Made by a program: the position numbers and the translations under genes. This document shows, one piece after another, positions 1 to 11,111 of a stretch of 64,000 nt of DNA (position 1 is the stretch's first letter; every line of letters starts with the position of its first letter). Below the pieces are notes generated by a model. The model did not search any database and was not told the origin of the DNA. It saw nothing but the letters and a program-made list of their open reading frames with translations. Source of the DNA: Bacillota bacterium (lineage in GTDB: Bacteria > Bacillota > Dethiobacteria > DTU022 > UBA8154); NCBI GenBank assembly GCA_012518675.1, contig JAAYRR010000115.1, positions 7,866 to 71,865 on the forward strand, in the 5' to 3' direction.

Positions 1-645
1 CACTGTATTGCGCGTAATCCCTTCCAGAATACCTAAATAGGACGGCGGGGTCAATAGCTCACCTTTTTTATTGACAATGAAGATGTTTGAACCGGAACCC
101 TCGACCACAAAACCCTGGTCATTCAAAACAACAGCTTCCATAGAACCGGTTTGACTGGCCTCGATCTTTACCAGTATATTATTCAGATAATTCAGAGACT
201 TAATGCGGGGTTCCTGGGTATTGGCCGACCGCTGCCGCGTCGTTACCGTCATGATTTTCAGACCTTTTTCATAAAGCTCCTGCGGAAAAAGGGAGATCTT
301 ATCGGCAATAATCACCACTGTAGCCAAGGAACACTTTTGGGGATCGAGCCCCAAATCTCCGGGACCGCGAGAAACCACGGTGCGAATATAGGCGTCTTGC
401 AGTTTGTTCCGGCGCACTGTTTCCAGGGTGGCTGCCGCCAGCTCTTCCTCTGTTAGGGGAATTTGCAACAAAATATGGTGGGCGGATTCAAAAAGCCGCG
501 CCACATGTTCTTTTAATTTAAAAATACGCCCATTATAAACCCTGGTCCCTTCAAATACACCGTCACCATAGAGGAAACCGTGATCAAATACAGATATTTT
601 AGCCTCCTCACGGGATAAAAACTGACCATCAAGATAAATTTGCAT
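1..645 (-). CDS. ilvE: Branched-chain amino acid aminotransferase (class IV), 3' end truncated by window edge
   Basis: Reverse-strand translation from ATG at 645 gives MQIYLDGQFLSREEAKISVFDHGFLYGDGVFEGTRVYNGRIFKLKEHVARL..., which aligns residue-for-residue with IlvE/DAAT-family N-termini. The ORF runs off the window start, so it is absent from the ORF track. A T-box leader lies upstream. Confidence 0.85.
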   Translation of the reverse strand, partial: MQIYLDGQFLSREEAKISVFDHGFLYGDGVFEGTRVYNGRIFKLKEHVARLFESAHHILLQIPLTEEELAAATLETVRRNKLQDAYIRTVVSRGPGDLGLDPQKCSLATVVIIADKISLFPQELYEKGLKIMTVTTRQRSANTQEPRIKSLNYLNNILVKIEASQTGSMEAVVLNDQGFVVEGSGSNIFIVNKKGELLTPPSYLGILEGITRNTV

Positions 646-699
646 GATTTTACTTAGTCTGGCTGCCGTCTAACCGGCCGGCCAGACTTGCACCTCCCC

Positions 700-1005
700 T
701 CTTTTTTGTTTCAATTTACACGGGATAAAGATAAAAAGCTCCTTCATCCCCGGCAAGGGACGAAGGAGCTTACTCCGCGGTACCACCCTTGTTGCCTTTT
801 TTATAAAAAAAGACCACTTTAAAAACCTGCTTGGTTAACGGCCCAACACCGTCCCTCCTTACACAGCAGCATCAACTGTTTTCGGGAAGGCACTCCAGGG
901 TGACCGGGAGAACAGCTTCCCCGCCGGCTTGCACCAGGGTGCCGGCTCTCTGCAGAAGAAGGTTGTTTCCTTATATCCCCATCATTGTTTTCCGGAAAAT
1001 TATTG
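700..1005 (-). promoter_or_regulatory. T-box riboswitch leader with intrinsic terminator, upstream of ilvE
   Basis: The minus strand carries AGAGAG and GGUGCAAG (Stem-I distal elements), then the canonical T-box sequence AACAAGGGUGGUACCGCGG (plus-strand 775-793). This is immediately followed by a 10-bp perfect hairpin (736-771) and a U-run (terminator/antiterminator arrangement). A -10-like TATATAAT lies near 1012-1019. Confidence 0.75.
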
Positions 1006-1117
1006 TTTTTTATTATATATGCAGACTATTTTTTTGTCAACCACTGCGGCACCCGCCGGTGTCCAAACCGGCCGGTAACCGGAGGGACGAACCTATGCCT
1101 GGGGCCCTCTGCCGGGC

Positions 1118-2605
1118 TCAGCAGGGATACGTATAGTAGACCTTGGTTTCCCTGTATTCCAGGTAAAGAAGATTTTCGTCAATGGTCTGTAGTCTATCCA
1201 GCCGCAAAGCGGCGTTTTTGTCTTGATAGGGGTTGGCGGCCGAGCCCCCCGCCAAACCGGCAGCCGGTTTGGGTTGGCCTTTATTTTCAAAAAATGCTGT
1301 CGCTACCGGTGGGAAAAGAATGTAGGAAAGCAGATCTTCTTCACGCTGCAGCTTGTTTTTCATTTCCTCTCTGGTCTTTTCCATCTGCGGTTCCAACAAA
1401 TCGGCCGGCCGGCCCTGAAAAGGTTCTTCCCCGGGCAGTATTTTTTTCAGCAGATCCGGGTCAATTTCCCCGGGTGGTTTACCGTAAAGCCCTTTCAGGT
1501 AATTTTTAACTTCCTTAAGAACAACCTTGTAACGTTCCCCGGTGAGCACATTCATGACCGCCTGCGTACCGACGATCTGGCTGGATGGTGTAACCAGCGG
1601 CGGGTAACCCAGCTCTGCCCTGACCCGCGGCACTTCCTGCAAAACATCTTCCAGCAAGTGCAGGGATTTTTGGGCAGCCAGCTGGGAGGTCAGGTTGGAG
1701 ATCATCCCGCCGGGAATCTGGTAACTGAGTACCGCCGTATCCACGCCCATCACCAATTCTGCAGGCAGATCATAATGGGACCGCACATTTTTAAAATAGG
1801 CCCCAATCCGGGCAATGCGTTCCAAGTCGAGTCCTGTATCGTAAGGCGTGCCCCGGAGGGCTGCCACCAGGCTGTCAGTTGCCGGCTGGGAAGGGCCCAG
1901 AGAAAGGGTGGAAATAGCTGTATCCACTACATCGCAACCTGCTTCAATGCCTTTCAGATAAGCCATACCGGCCATTCCACTGGTAAAATGGCAGTGCAGT
2001 TGTACGGGAATTTTTAATTTTTGCTTGCATTTAGTCACTAGATCAAAAGCATCATAGGGGGCCAGCAGGCCGGCCATATCCTTGATGCAGATCGAATCAG
2101 CGCCCTTTTTTTCCAGTTCCACCGCCAGTTCCACAAAGTGATCGTTATTGTGCAAAGGGCTGATTGTATAGCTGATCGTAGCCTGTACATGGGCCCCGGC
2201 TTTTTGGGTGGCCCGGATAGCCGTTTCCATATTGCGGATGTCGTTTAGGGCGTCAAAGATTCGGATAATATCAATGCCGTTTTTAACGGCGCACTGCACA
2301 AAAGCTTCCACCACGTCATCAGCATAATGGCGGTAACCAACCAGATTTTGGCCGCGCAGCAGCATCTGCAATTTGGACTGGGGCAGGTGTGCGCGCAGTT
2401 GGCGCAGCCTTTCCCAAGGATCTTCATCCAGAAAACGCAGACAGGAATCAAAGGTGGCGCCGCCCCAGATTTCCAGGGAATGATAGCCTACCCGGTCAAT
2501 TTCTGCAGCAATAGGCAGCATCTCTGCGGTGCGCATCCGGGTCGCCAACAGCGACTGGTGTGCGTCCCGCAATGTTGTATCAGTAATACCTACTATTCTT
2601 TTCAT
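1118..2605 (-). CDS. pycB: Pyruvate carboxylase subunit B / oxaloacetate decarboxylase alpha-like carboxyltransferase (no biotinyl domain)
   Basis: 497-aa ORF; N-terminus KRIVGITDTTLRDAHQSLLATRM... is the conserved HMGL-like/carboxyltransferase start of OadA/PycB. No C-terminal AMKM biotin-attachment motif. ATG at 2605 preceded by AGGAGGGAGAGG. Confidence 0.85.
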   Translation of the reverse strand: MKRIVGITDTTLRDAHQSLLATRMRTAEMLPIAAEIDRVGYHSLEIWGGATFDSCLRFLDEDPWERLRQLRAHLPQSKLQMLLRGQNLVGYRHYADDVVEAFVQCAVKNGIDIIRIFDALNDIRNMETAIRATQKAGAHVQATISYTISPLHNNDHFVELAVELEKKGADSICIKDMAGLLAPYDAFDLVTKCKQKLKIPVQLHCHFTSGMAGMAYLKGIEAGCDVVDTAISTLSLGPSQPATDSLVAALRGTPYDTGLDLERIARIGAYFKNVRSHYDLPAELVMGVDTAVLSYQIPGGMISNLTSQLAAQKSLHLLEDVLQEVPRVRAELGYPPLVTPSSQIVGTQAVMNVLTGERYKVVLKEVKNYLKGLYGKPPGEIDPDLLKKILPGEEPFQGRPADLLEPQMEKTREEMKNKLQREEDLLSYILFPPVATAFFENKGQPKPAAGLAGGSAANPYQDKNAALRLDRLQTIDENLLYLEYRETKVYYTYPC

Positions 2606-2670
2606 TTCCAAACCTCTCCCTCCTTTTCACTTTCTACTTTTACATTTTATGATTATTTGTTTTTCCCCAT

Positions 2671-4098
2671 TCAACGCCCGGCATATTCAGCCGCATACCG
2701 GCCGGCCAGCCCGGCGGTAAAGATGGTTTCACTGAGGGCCATACCGGGCAACAGCGCCTCCCCATGCAGCCCGCCTACAATCTCACCGGCGGCATAAAGG
2801 CCCGGCACTGCTTCCCCATTCCGCTTTACTTCTCCGTGAGGGGTGATGGCCAAGCCCCCCAGGGTATAGGCCACCCCGGCTTTCAATCCTGCTGCATAAT
2901 AAGGGGGCCCGGGCAAACGTCGTCCGGCAAATAAACTGCCGGCCGGCAGGCCGCTTTGTTCCCATTCTTGGTAGGTGGCATATTCCCGGAAACAGGTCCC
3001 GTAAGCGGCAGCGCGTTCACCAGAGACTGAAACATAGGCTTCATCCGGTGGGGAATGAAGAACAAGGTTGATTATTTCCGGCAAAGAAGCTTCATTGCCG
3101 CCTAAAACCCGGTCTTTGCCATTAAAATAAATTGCTTCCGGCCAGGGATCCGGGGATAAAAAAACACTTTGCCCTGCTGCCGGCGAAGTCAACAGGAGCC
3201 TCATTTCCATAAAGTCCATCTGTACCAAGTCCAGCCCCAGATCCTTCGCCTGGCGCAGCCCCTGGCCCTGCTGGGCGGGCCGCAGGTTTTGCAGGTTTTC
3301 CCGGGACAGGTGGCTGTGCCAGTAAGAAACATCACCGCTGTAACCGCCATCGGCCAAAACTACAGCCTGCACATAAAATGGAACACTTTCCCCGGCAGGA
3401 TTTTCAATTACCAAAGCCTCCACCTGTCCTGCGGGTGTCAGGGCAATGCTTTTCACCTTTTCTTCCCTGATGATCACCCCGGCCCTGGCAACTTCTTGAC
3501 AAAGATTTTCCTTAAACAACATGCCGGCCCCCGGTTCCTGGCTGTAATGCAGGTAAGGTCTCTGTTCCGGCAGGGGAAGCAGTGCAAAGGAAATACCGCC
3601 TAATTTTTCTGCCTGCTGAAACAAAGCCGGTGCTGCAGAGCGAAAGGAAACCAGTAAAAGCGGGTCGTTGATCCCGCCCCCGCATTCCCTAAGATATGCA
3701 ACCAGCAGTTCAGGTGTAAACTCCATACCCCGTTCCAGTTGCGGGGGTGTGGTAGCAGCCGCCAAACCATCGTCCACCAGCCGGGTACAATCCTCTCCCA
3801 AGACCTGTTCGTTGGGAAAAATAAAAACCTGTGCGCCGTTGGCGGCGGCTTCCCAAGCTGTCAAAAGAGCAGCCGTTGTGCCGCCGATAACTGCCAGGTC
3901 ACCCCCTGCAGGAACCGGCAGGGGGTTTTCTCCCGCACTGCGTCCCTGCAGAAAAAATTGAAATATAAACACCAGGAAAAAAGATACAAACAAGAGGACC
4001 ACAATGGTTGCATAATTTCCCCTTTTTTGGATAACCCCCTCCCTTCCCTTTAACCTGAAAAATGCTGATCCCGGAACCAACCCGGTACTGCGACACAA
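2671..4098 (-). CDS. Membrane-anchored FAD-dependent oxidoreductase (fumarate reductase/succinate dehydrogenase flavoprotein-like)
   Basis: N-terminal hydrophobic segment (IVVLLFVSFFLVFIFQFFL) followed by a dinucleotide-binding motif DLAVIGGTTAALLTAWEAAANGAQVFIF. C-terminal GLYAAGEIVGGLHGEALLPGMALSETIFTAGLAG is typical of FAD flavoprotein reductases. The true start is probably internal (GTG near 4002, preceded by a GGGAAGGGAGGGGG-rich stretch). Confidence 0.65.
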   Translation of the reverse strand: MCRSTGLVPGSAFFRLKGREGVIQKRGNYATIVVLLFVSFFLVFIFQFFLQGRSAGENPLPVPAGGDLAVIGGTTAALLTAWEAAANGAQVFIFPNEQVLGEDCTRLVDDGLAAATTPPQLERGMEFTPELLVAYLRECGGGINDPLLLVSFRSAAPALFQQAEKLGGISFALLPLPEQRPYLHYSQEPGAGMLFKENLCQEVARAGVIIREEKVKSIALTPAGQVEALVIENPAGESVPFYVQAVVLADGGYSGDVSYWHSHLSRENLQNLRPAQQGQGLRQAKDLGLDLVQMDFMEMRLLLTSPAAGQSVFLSPDPWPEAIYFNGKDRVLGGNEASLPEIINLVLHSPPDEAYVSVSGERAAAYGTCFREYATYQEWEQSGLPAGSLFAGRRLPGPPYYAAGLKAGVAYTLGGLAITPHGEVKRNGEAVPGLYAAGEIVGGLHGEALLPGMALSETIFTAGLAGRYAAEYAGR

Positions 4099-4131
4099 AC
4101 CGTTTATAACTGCAGCAAGATCCCGGGGCTG

Positions 4132-6624
4132 TTAATCCTTGGTTACGGCTGCAATTTTCACAACTTTGTCCTCCGGTGCAAGCCGGATGAGGGTTACACC
4201 CCGGGCATAGCGCCCTTGAAAGGGAACCGAGGATATTTTGGCCCGCATCACCAGGCCCCGGGCCGTAATCGCCATAATCTCCTCTTTTTTGCGCACGGTG
4301 AGAAAACTGACCAGAAATCCTTCTCTTTTTTGGTATTTGAAGGCTAAAAGACCTTTGCCGCCGCGGTTTTGTGAACGAAATTTTTCCATTTTAGTTCTCT
4401 TAGCATAACCGTTTTCGGTCACAAACAGAAAACCGCTTTTTTCTGCCGGGGAAACGATGTTCATACCGATCACTGTATCCCCCGGGGAAAGATTAATCCC
4501 TTTGACTCCCCGTGCCGTCCGCCCCAAGGTCCGCAGCTGCCCGGCAGAAAAACGGATCAGCAGCCCTTGTGCCGTGGCAATACAGATATCGGGTTCTTCC
4601 TCGGATTTTCCGGCTTCCGTTTGCTTCAAAGCGGCAAAATCCTGTTCTGCATCGGCTTCCCCATTTCTCAGCTGGCGGACAGTAATCAGTTCATCACCTT
4701 CCATCAGATTGATGGCAATCAGGCCAAAACGCCTTGCTGTCGCATATTCACTGAGGCTGGTCCTTTTAACAATCCCTTTTTGGGTAACCATAATGATATG
4801 ATCTTCGTCTCCATATTCCCGCAGGGGAAATACCGCCGTAATATATTCCCCGTTTTCCAGGGGCAACAGGTTAACAATGGCCGTCCCCCGGGCCTGGCGT
4901 CCGGCCTCGGGGATTTCATAAACCTTCAACGGAAATACCTTTCCCCGGCTGCAGAAAAACAACAGTTTATCCTTAGTGGAGGAAATAAACAGGTTTTCAA
5001 TAAGATCGGATTCCCGGATAGAATGCCCCCTGATACCCACGCCCCCCCGCCCCTGGCTGCGGTAGGTGTTCAGCGGCAGACGCTTAATGTAGCCGTCACG
5101 TGTCAGGGTAATAACCACCTCTTCATCCTCAATCAGATCTTCCAAGTTAATTTCCCCTTCATCGGGGACGATTTTGGTGCGGCGCTCATCGCCATATTTC
5201 TTTTTAATTTCCAGCAGATCCTGTCTGATCTCCTGCAAGATTAGTTTTTCATCAGCCAATAAGGTTTCCAGACGTTCTATTTCTGCTATCAGGGAACGGT
5301 GTTCGTCTTCCAACTTATGTCTTTCCAAAGCCGTCAGGCGTTGCAAGCGCATCTCCAAAATCGCCCGGGCCTGTTCCTCACTCAGGCTGAATTCCTGCAT
5401 CAGCCCTGCCCGGGCTTTTTCCACATCAGCTGAACCGCGAATCAGGGCTATAATCCGATCTATGTTGTGCAAAGCAATTAACAGGCCTTCGACCAAGTGC
5501 GCCCTTTCCCGGGCCCGGCGTAACAAATACCGGGACCGCCGGGTGATTATTTCTTTTTGGTGATCCAGATAGGCTTTCAGAAAATCCCGGAGCGGCAAAA
5601 CACGGGGCACATCATCCACTAAAGCCAACATTATTACACCAAAGGTTTGTTGTAAAGGCGTAAATTTATAAAGCTGGTTGAGAATTACCTGGGAATTAAA
5701 ACCTTTTTTTATTTCCATCACAATGCGGACACCGTCGCGATCGGATTCGTCCCGCAGTGCCGTAATACCAACAACCTTTTTTTCCCGGACCAGCCCGGCA
5801 ATTCTTTCAATTAAGCGGGCCTTGTTTTGCAAATAGGGTATTTCTGTAATAATTAATTTTTCCCTGCCGTCTTTTTTGGTTTCAACCCGGGCCTGGCCCC
5901 GCAGGCGAATTCTGCCCCGGCCGGTGGTATAAGCCTCCTGGATGCCTTTATGCCCAGAAATGATCCCTCCGGTCGGAAAATCGGGGCCCTGCATATAGGT
6001 CATCAGCTCCTGGGAGGAGGCAGAAGGTTTTTCGATCAACCAGATCAGCGCATCGATCGTTTCCGTAAGATTATGCGGGGGAATATTGGTGGCCATCCCC
6101 ACAGCAATACCGGCCGAACCGTTGACCAGCAGGTTGGGAAAACGTGAGGGTAAAACCACGGGCTCTTCCAGGGTTTCATCAAAATTAAGCCTGAAGTCCA
6201 CCGTTTCCTTATCCAAGTCGCGCAGCATTTCCAGCGCCAAAGGTGTCAGGCGGGCCTCCGTGTAACGCATAGCTGCCGGGGAATCACCGTCCATGGAACC
6301 AAAGTTACCCTGGCCGTCCACCAAAGGGTAACGGATGGTAAAATCCTGGGCCATGCGCACCATGGCATCATAAACAGCCTGGTCACCGTGGGGATGATAT
6401 TTTCCCAACACTTCCCCGACCAGGCGGGCCGATTTTTTATGCGGTTTGTCCGGGGTCATCCCCAATTCCCGCATAGCATAAAGGATGCGCCTGTGCACGG
6501 GCTTCAGACCATCGCGGATATCAGGTAGAGCCCGGCTGACAATTACACTCATGGCATAATCCAAAAAGGAACTTTGAACTTCCTTGTGAATAGGAATAGC
6601 CGTTGTTCTTTCTTGTTCCGGCAT
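4132..6624 (-). CDS. gyrA: DNA gyrase subunit A
   Basis: 830 aa; N-terminus ...[26 protein letters not shown]...GKYHPHGD matches GyrA, including the QRDR-region motif. Confidence 0.97.
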   Translation of the reverse strand: MPEQERTTAIPIHKEVQSSFLDYAMSVIVSRALPDIRDGLKPVHRRILYAMRELGMTPDKPHKKSARLVGEVLGKYHPHGDQAVYDAMVRMAQDFTIRYPLVDGQGNFGSMDGDSPAAMRYTEARLTPLALEMLRDLDKETVDFRLNFDETLEEPVVLPSRFPNLLVNGSAGIAVGMATNIPPHNLTETIDALIWLIEKPSASSQELMTYMQGPDFPTGGIISGHKGIQEAYTTGRGRIRLRGQARVETKKDGREKLIITEIPYLQNKARLIERIAGLVREKKVVGITALRDESDRDGVRIVMEIKKGFNSQVILNQLYKFTPLQQTFGVIMLALVDDVPRVLPLRDFLKAYLDHQKEIITRRSRYLLRRARERAHLVEGLLIALHNIDRIIALIRGSADVEKARAGLMQEFSLSEEQARAILEMRLQRLTALERHKLEDEHRSLIAEIERLETLLADEKLILQEIRQDLLEIKKKYGDERRTKIVPDEGEINLEDLIEDEEVVITLTRDGYIKRLPLNTYRSQGRGGVGIRGHSIRESDLIENLFISSTKDKLLFFCSRGKVFPLKVYEIPEAGRQARGTAIVNLLPLENGEYITAVFPLREYGDEDHIIMVTQKGIVKRTSLSEYATARRFGLIAINLMEGDELITVRQLRNGEADAEQDFAALKQTEAGKSEEEPDICIATAQGLLIRFSAGQLRTLGRTARGVKGINLSPGDTVIGMNIVSPAEKSGFLFVTENGYAKRTKMEKFRSQNRGGKGLLAFKYQKREGFLVSFLTVRKKEEIMAITARGLVMRAKISSVPFQGRYARGVTLIRLAPEDKVVKIAAVTKD

Positions 6625-6780
6625 TGATACTGTAAGGGCCTCCTTATGTTGCTGTTTCCAGTTTGATCAACAAAAAAACGTTGTCCTTCTATGGTACCTG
6701 TACCGGCACTGCAAGAAAAAAACAGGCTTGACCAGGTACCTTATCCTTAATTTTAACATATAGTTTAACATATTATAAAG

Positions 6781-8703
<1,923 letters not shown>

Positions 8704-8728
8704 TTACCCTCCGACCCTAAGCCTGAAC

Positions 8729-8971
8729 TTATAATTTTCTTGTTTTTTCAATTCTTTTTTGTAAAGTTAAAGAAGAAATAGGCGAATAAAAGACTTTGTC
8801 CGTAGTAATGACAAAAGCATTATTTTTTTCATTTTCTGCTGCACCGACTTGTTCCCGGGAATTACTTTCCAAAAACTGGGTATTATCCTGGTTTTCTTTG
8901 ATTTCCAAATTAAAAATACCGACTATGTCCTGCAAATGGACAACACGTGAATTGCCGATATGTAAAAACAT
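8729..8971 (-). CDS. remB: DUF370 family protein (RemB/YaaB-like)
   Basis: Internal ATG at 8971 (MFLHIGNSRVVHLQDIVGIFNLE...) preceded by AAAGGAGTGGGG. DUF370 signature; conserved position between recF and gyrB as in Bacillus. Confidence 0.7.
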   Translation of the reverse strand: MFLHIGNSRVVHLQDIVGIFNLEIKENQDNTQFLESNSREQVGAAENEKNNAFVITTDKVFYSPISSLTLQKRIEKTRKL

Positions 8972-9038
8972 TTTTTTTCCCCACTCCTTTAGATTTTGAC
9001 GGCATAAAAATAAATTATACACTGTACTGTATATACTA

Positions 9039-9938
9039 TCAAATACAACTGTATAAAAGCTGATAAAGTCCCGGAAAATTTTTTAACGCCTTAAAAATAT
9101 CCTCTTGTTTGATGTAGGGTGGCTCCTTGGCGGTAACAAGTAGGATATGGTTTTGTACCAATCCTTTTAAACTTTCTTTTTGCCGGCTGTCCCGGGGCCG
9201 GTTTTCTGTTAAACAAGCCGTAATTTGTTGGGCAGAACTATCGATCAGCCTTTTTTTATAGAGTGCAAACATCTTTTTATCCAATAAAGGGTGTTTACTA
9301 TGAATTTCACAATATTTACCCCAAGGGGTCTGCTGAAAAAAATTTTGCAGAACGGCTGACCAGGATTCATAGTCATGCCAACAAAGTTCACAAAAACCTG
9401 CTTGTAACGTAAATGTTAACCTGCGACACCTTTCACAAGCCCGGGCACCTTCTATTTCTTTGCCTTTTTGTTGCAGGTAATAATTTTTAAAAATTTTTTG
9501 CAGCCGGGCTTGTAAAAATTCAGGAGCTTGCTGTATAATTTTTTCCAATTCCTGTTCTTCTTCTTTTTCCAACTGTACCCTGCCTGTTTCTGGTTTTTCA
9601 GCAAAAAAAGTCCCTTGTTTTGTTTTTTCCGGTTGCTGTTGCCAGCCGGATTTGAAGTCAGCGTTAATGAATTTAATTTCCTGCAAAATTTTCGCACCCG
9701 CAAAAGTATTAAAATCTGTTATTATTTTATGTTTTAAAAGGGTCAGGTGATAAAGCCAGGTGCTGTCGTTTACTTCTACAGTCATCTTTTGCCGGCTGAT
9801 GTTTACCGGGCGGGTATAAGCAGCAACCTGCCGGCCAACCACAGTAGGCCACAGCTGGAGGTAACGGCGTTTTTCCAATTGTTTCTCAAGGCCGCACTTT
9901 TTTAACAGGGACTGCAGGGGTTTGGCTAATTTATCCAT
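9039..9938 (-). CDS. DUF721 (DciA-like) domain protein with C-terminal zinc-ribbon extension
   Basis: The N-terminal ~90 aa (LWPTVVGRQVAAYTRPVNISRQKMTVEVNDSTWLYHLTLLKHKII) fit the DUF721/DciA signature. The C-terminal ~200 aa are extra and include CERCRR...CELCW (a CxxC-x16-CxxC pair). The gene sits between recF and gyrB, as dciA does in many bacteria. Confidence 0.6.
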   Translation of the reverse strand: MDKLAKPLQSLLKKCGLEKQLEKRRYLQLWPTVVGRQVAAYTRPVNISRQKMTVEVNDSTWLYHLTLLKHKIITDFNTFAGAKILQEIKFINADFKSGWQQQPEKTKQGTFFAEKPETGRVQLEKEEEQELEKIIQQAPEFLQARLQKIFKNYYLQQKGKEIEGARACERCRRLTFTLQAGFCELCWHDYESWSAVLQNFFQQTPWGKYCEIHSKHPLLDKKMFALYKKRLIDSSAQQITACLTENRPRDSRQKESLKGLVQNHILLVTAKEPPYIKQEDIFKALKNFPGLYQLLYSCI

Positions 9939-9941
9939 ACC

Positions 9942-11069
9942 TTATTCCTCTCTCCTAGCCCGGCCCCGCTGCACATGAAAAACAGAAGGAACAGCAAATT
10001 GCTGCCGGAACGTAGCAAACCCGGCCTCTTTTTTGGTCATTGTCAAAAAAACCTGGCCGGCATCCTTAAAAAGATTAAAACATTCCTGCCTGCGCTGTGC
10101 ATCCAGTTCTGAAAAAACATCGTCCAATATAAAAACAGGTTTTTCTTTTTGCTGATTGTAATGCTGCAGCTGTGCAGCTTTCAGGGCAATAACAGCACTA
10201 CGCTGCTGTCCGTGTGAAGCATAGCGCCGGGCTTCCCGCTCGTCCAACAAAAAGGAAAGATCATCACGATGGGGCCCGACAAGAGAAAACCCCCTTTGCA
10301 GTTCTTCTGCAGCCGCAGCAGCCAGCCGTGCTTTAAAGGCCGCCTCAATTTCCTCCGGCTGGGCGGCCAAAAGATCTTTGTTTAAAAAGGTAACATATTT
10401 TATTTGCAGCCGGGGACCTTTGTTAAAAAGGAGGCTGTAATTGCGGGCCGCCAATTTACCCCAGGCTGCAACAGCATGTGCCCTTTGTTTTATAATTCTG
10501 CTCCCAAAATAGATTAGCTGTTTATTCCAAACCTTTAAAAATTCGCCGCTGTGGGCCGAATGCCAGTTTTCTTTTAAAGCACGGTTTTTCTGGTAAACAA
10601 CACGGTTATAGCGGCTCAACCAGTCGCCATAAAGGGGATAAAGCTGGCTTATTTCCCGATCCAGAAAACGTCTTCTTTCCTCCGGGCCCCTGCGGATCAG
10701 TTCTAGATCTTCAGGTACAAAACAAACCAGCGGGCAGCGCCCTTCAAGACCGGCTCGTTTTACAACTTTCCCATCTATTTTGATCACTTTCCTTTTTTTT
10801 TGTGCTTCATAGCCCACTTCCAATTTATAAAAGCGCTGCTGTAAAAAGATGGTGCCCCGCAGGTAGTAATAAGGGGTATCCCAGCGAACAAGATCGTTTT
10901 CTTTATAGTTTCTGAAAGAACGGGCAAAACAAAGACAGTAAATAGCTTCCAAAAGGTTGCTTTTACCCTGGCCGTTGTCCCCCCGGATTACACAGATTCC
11001 CGGTTCAAACTGGAGCTCTTCCCGTTCATAATTACGAAAATTGAGGAGATGAAGTTCCTTAATAAACAA
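9942..11069 (-). CDS. recF: DNA replication and repair protein RecF
   Basis: 375 aa; Walker A GDNGQGKSNLLEAI and the SMC-like signature. Confidence 0.95.
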   Translation of the reverse strand: MFIKELHLLNFRNYEREELQFEPGICVIRGDNGQGKSNLLEAIYCLCFARSFRNYKENDLVRWDTPYYYLRGTIFLQQRFYKLEVGYEAQKKRKVIKIDGKVVKRAGLEGRCPLVCFVPEDLELIRRGPEERRRFLDREISQLYPLYGDWLSRYNRVVYQKNRALKENWHSAHSGEFLKVWNKQLIYFGSRIIKQRAHAVAAWGKLAARNYSLLFNKGPRLQIKYVTFLNKDLLAAQPEEIEAAFKARLAAAAAEELQRGFSLVGPHRDDLSFLLDEREARRYASHGQQRSAVIALKAAQLQHYNQQKEKPVFILDDVFSELDAQRRQECFNLFKDAGQVFLTMTKKEAGFATFRQQFAVPSVFHVQRGRARREE

Positions 11070-11111
11070 AACGTGCTCCTTCCCGGTTGCCCTGTATTTT
11101 TTGTCAAATTA

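Noticed and set aside
831-1509. Plus-strand ORFs 831-1136 and 985-1509 (and minus 1093-1290)
   Set aside because: They overlap the T-box leader and the pycB coding region antisense, and have no SD or homology. The region is explained by the T-box RNA and pycB.
9452-9737. 83-aa and 69-aa ORFs (Lys/Phe-rich) inside the DUF721 gene
   Set aside because: Alternative-frame or antisense artefacts of an AT-rich coding stretch.
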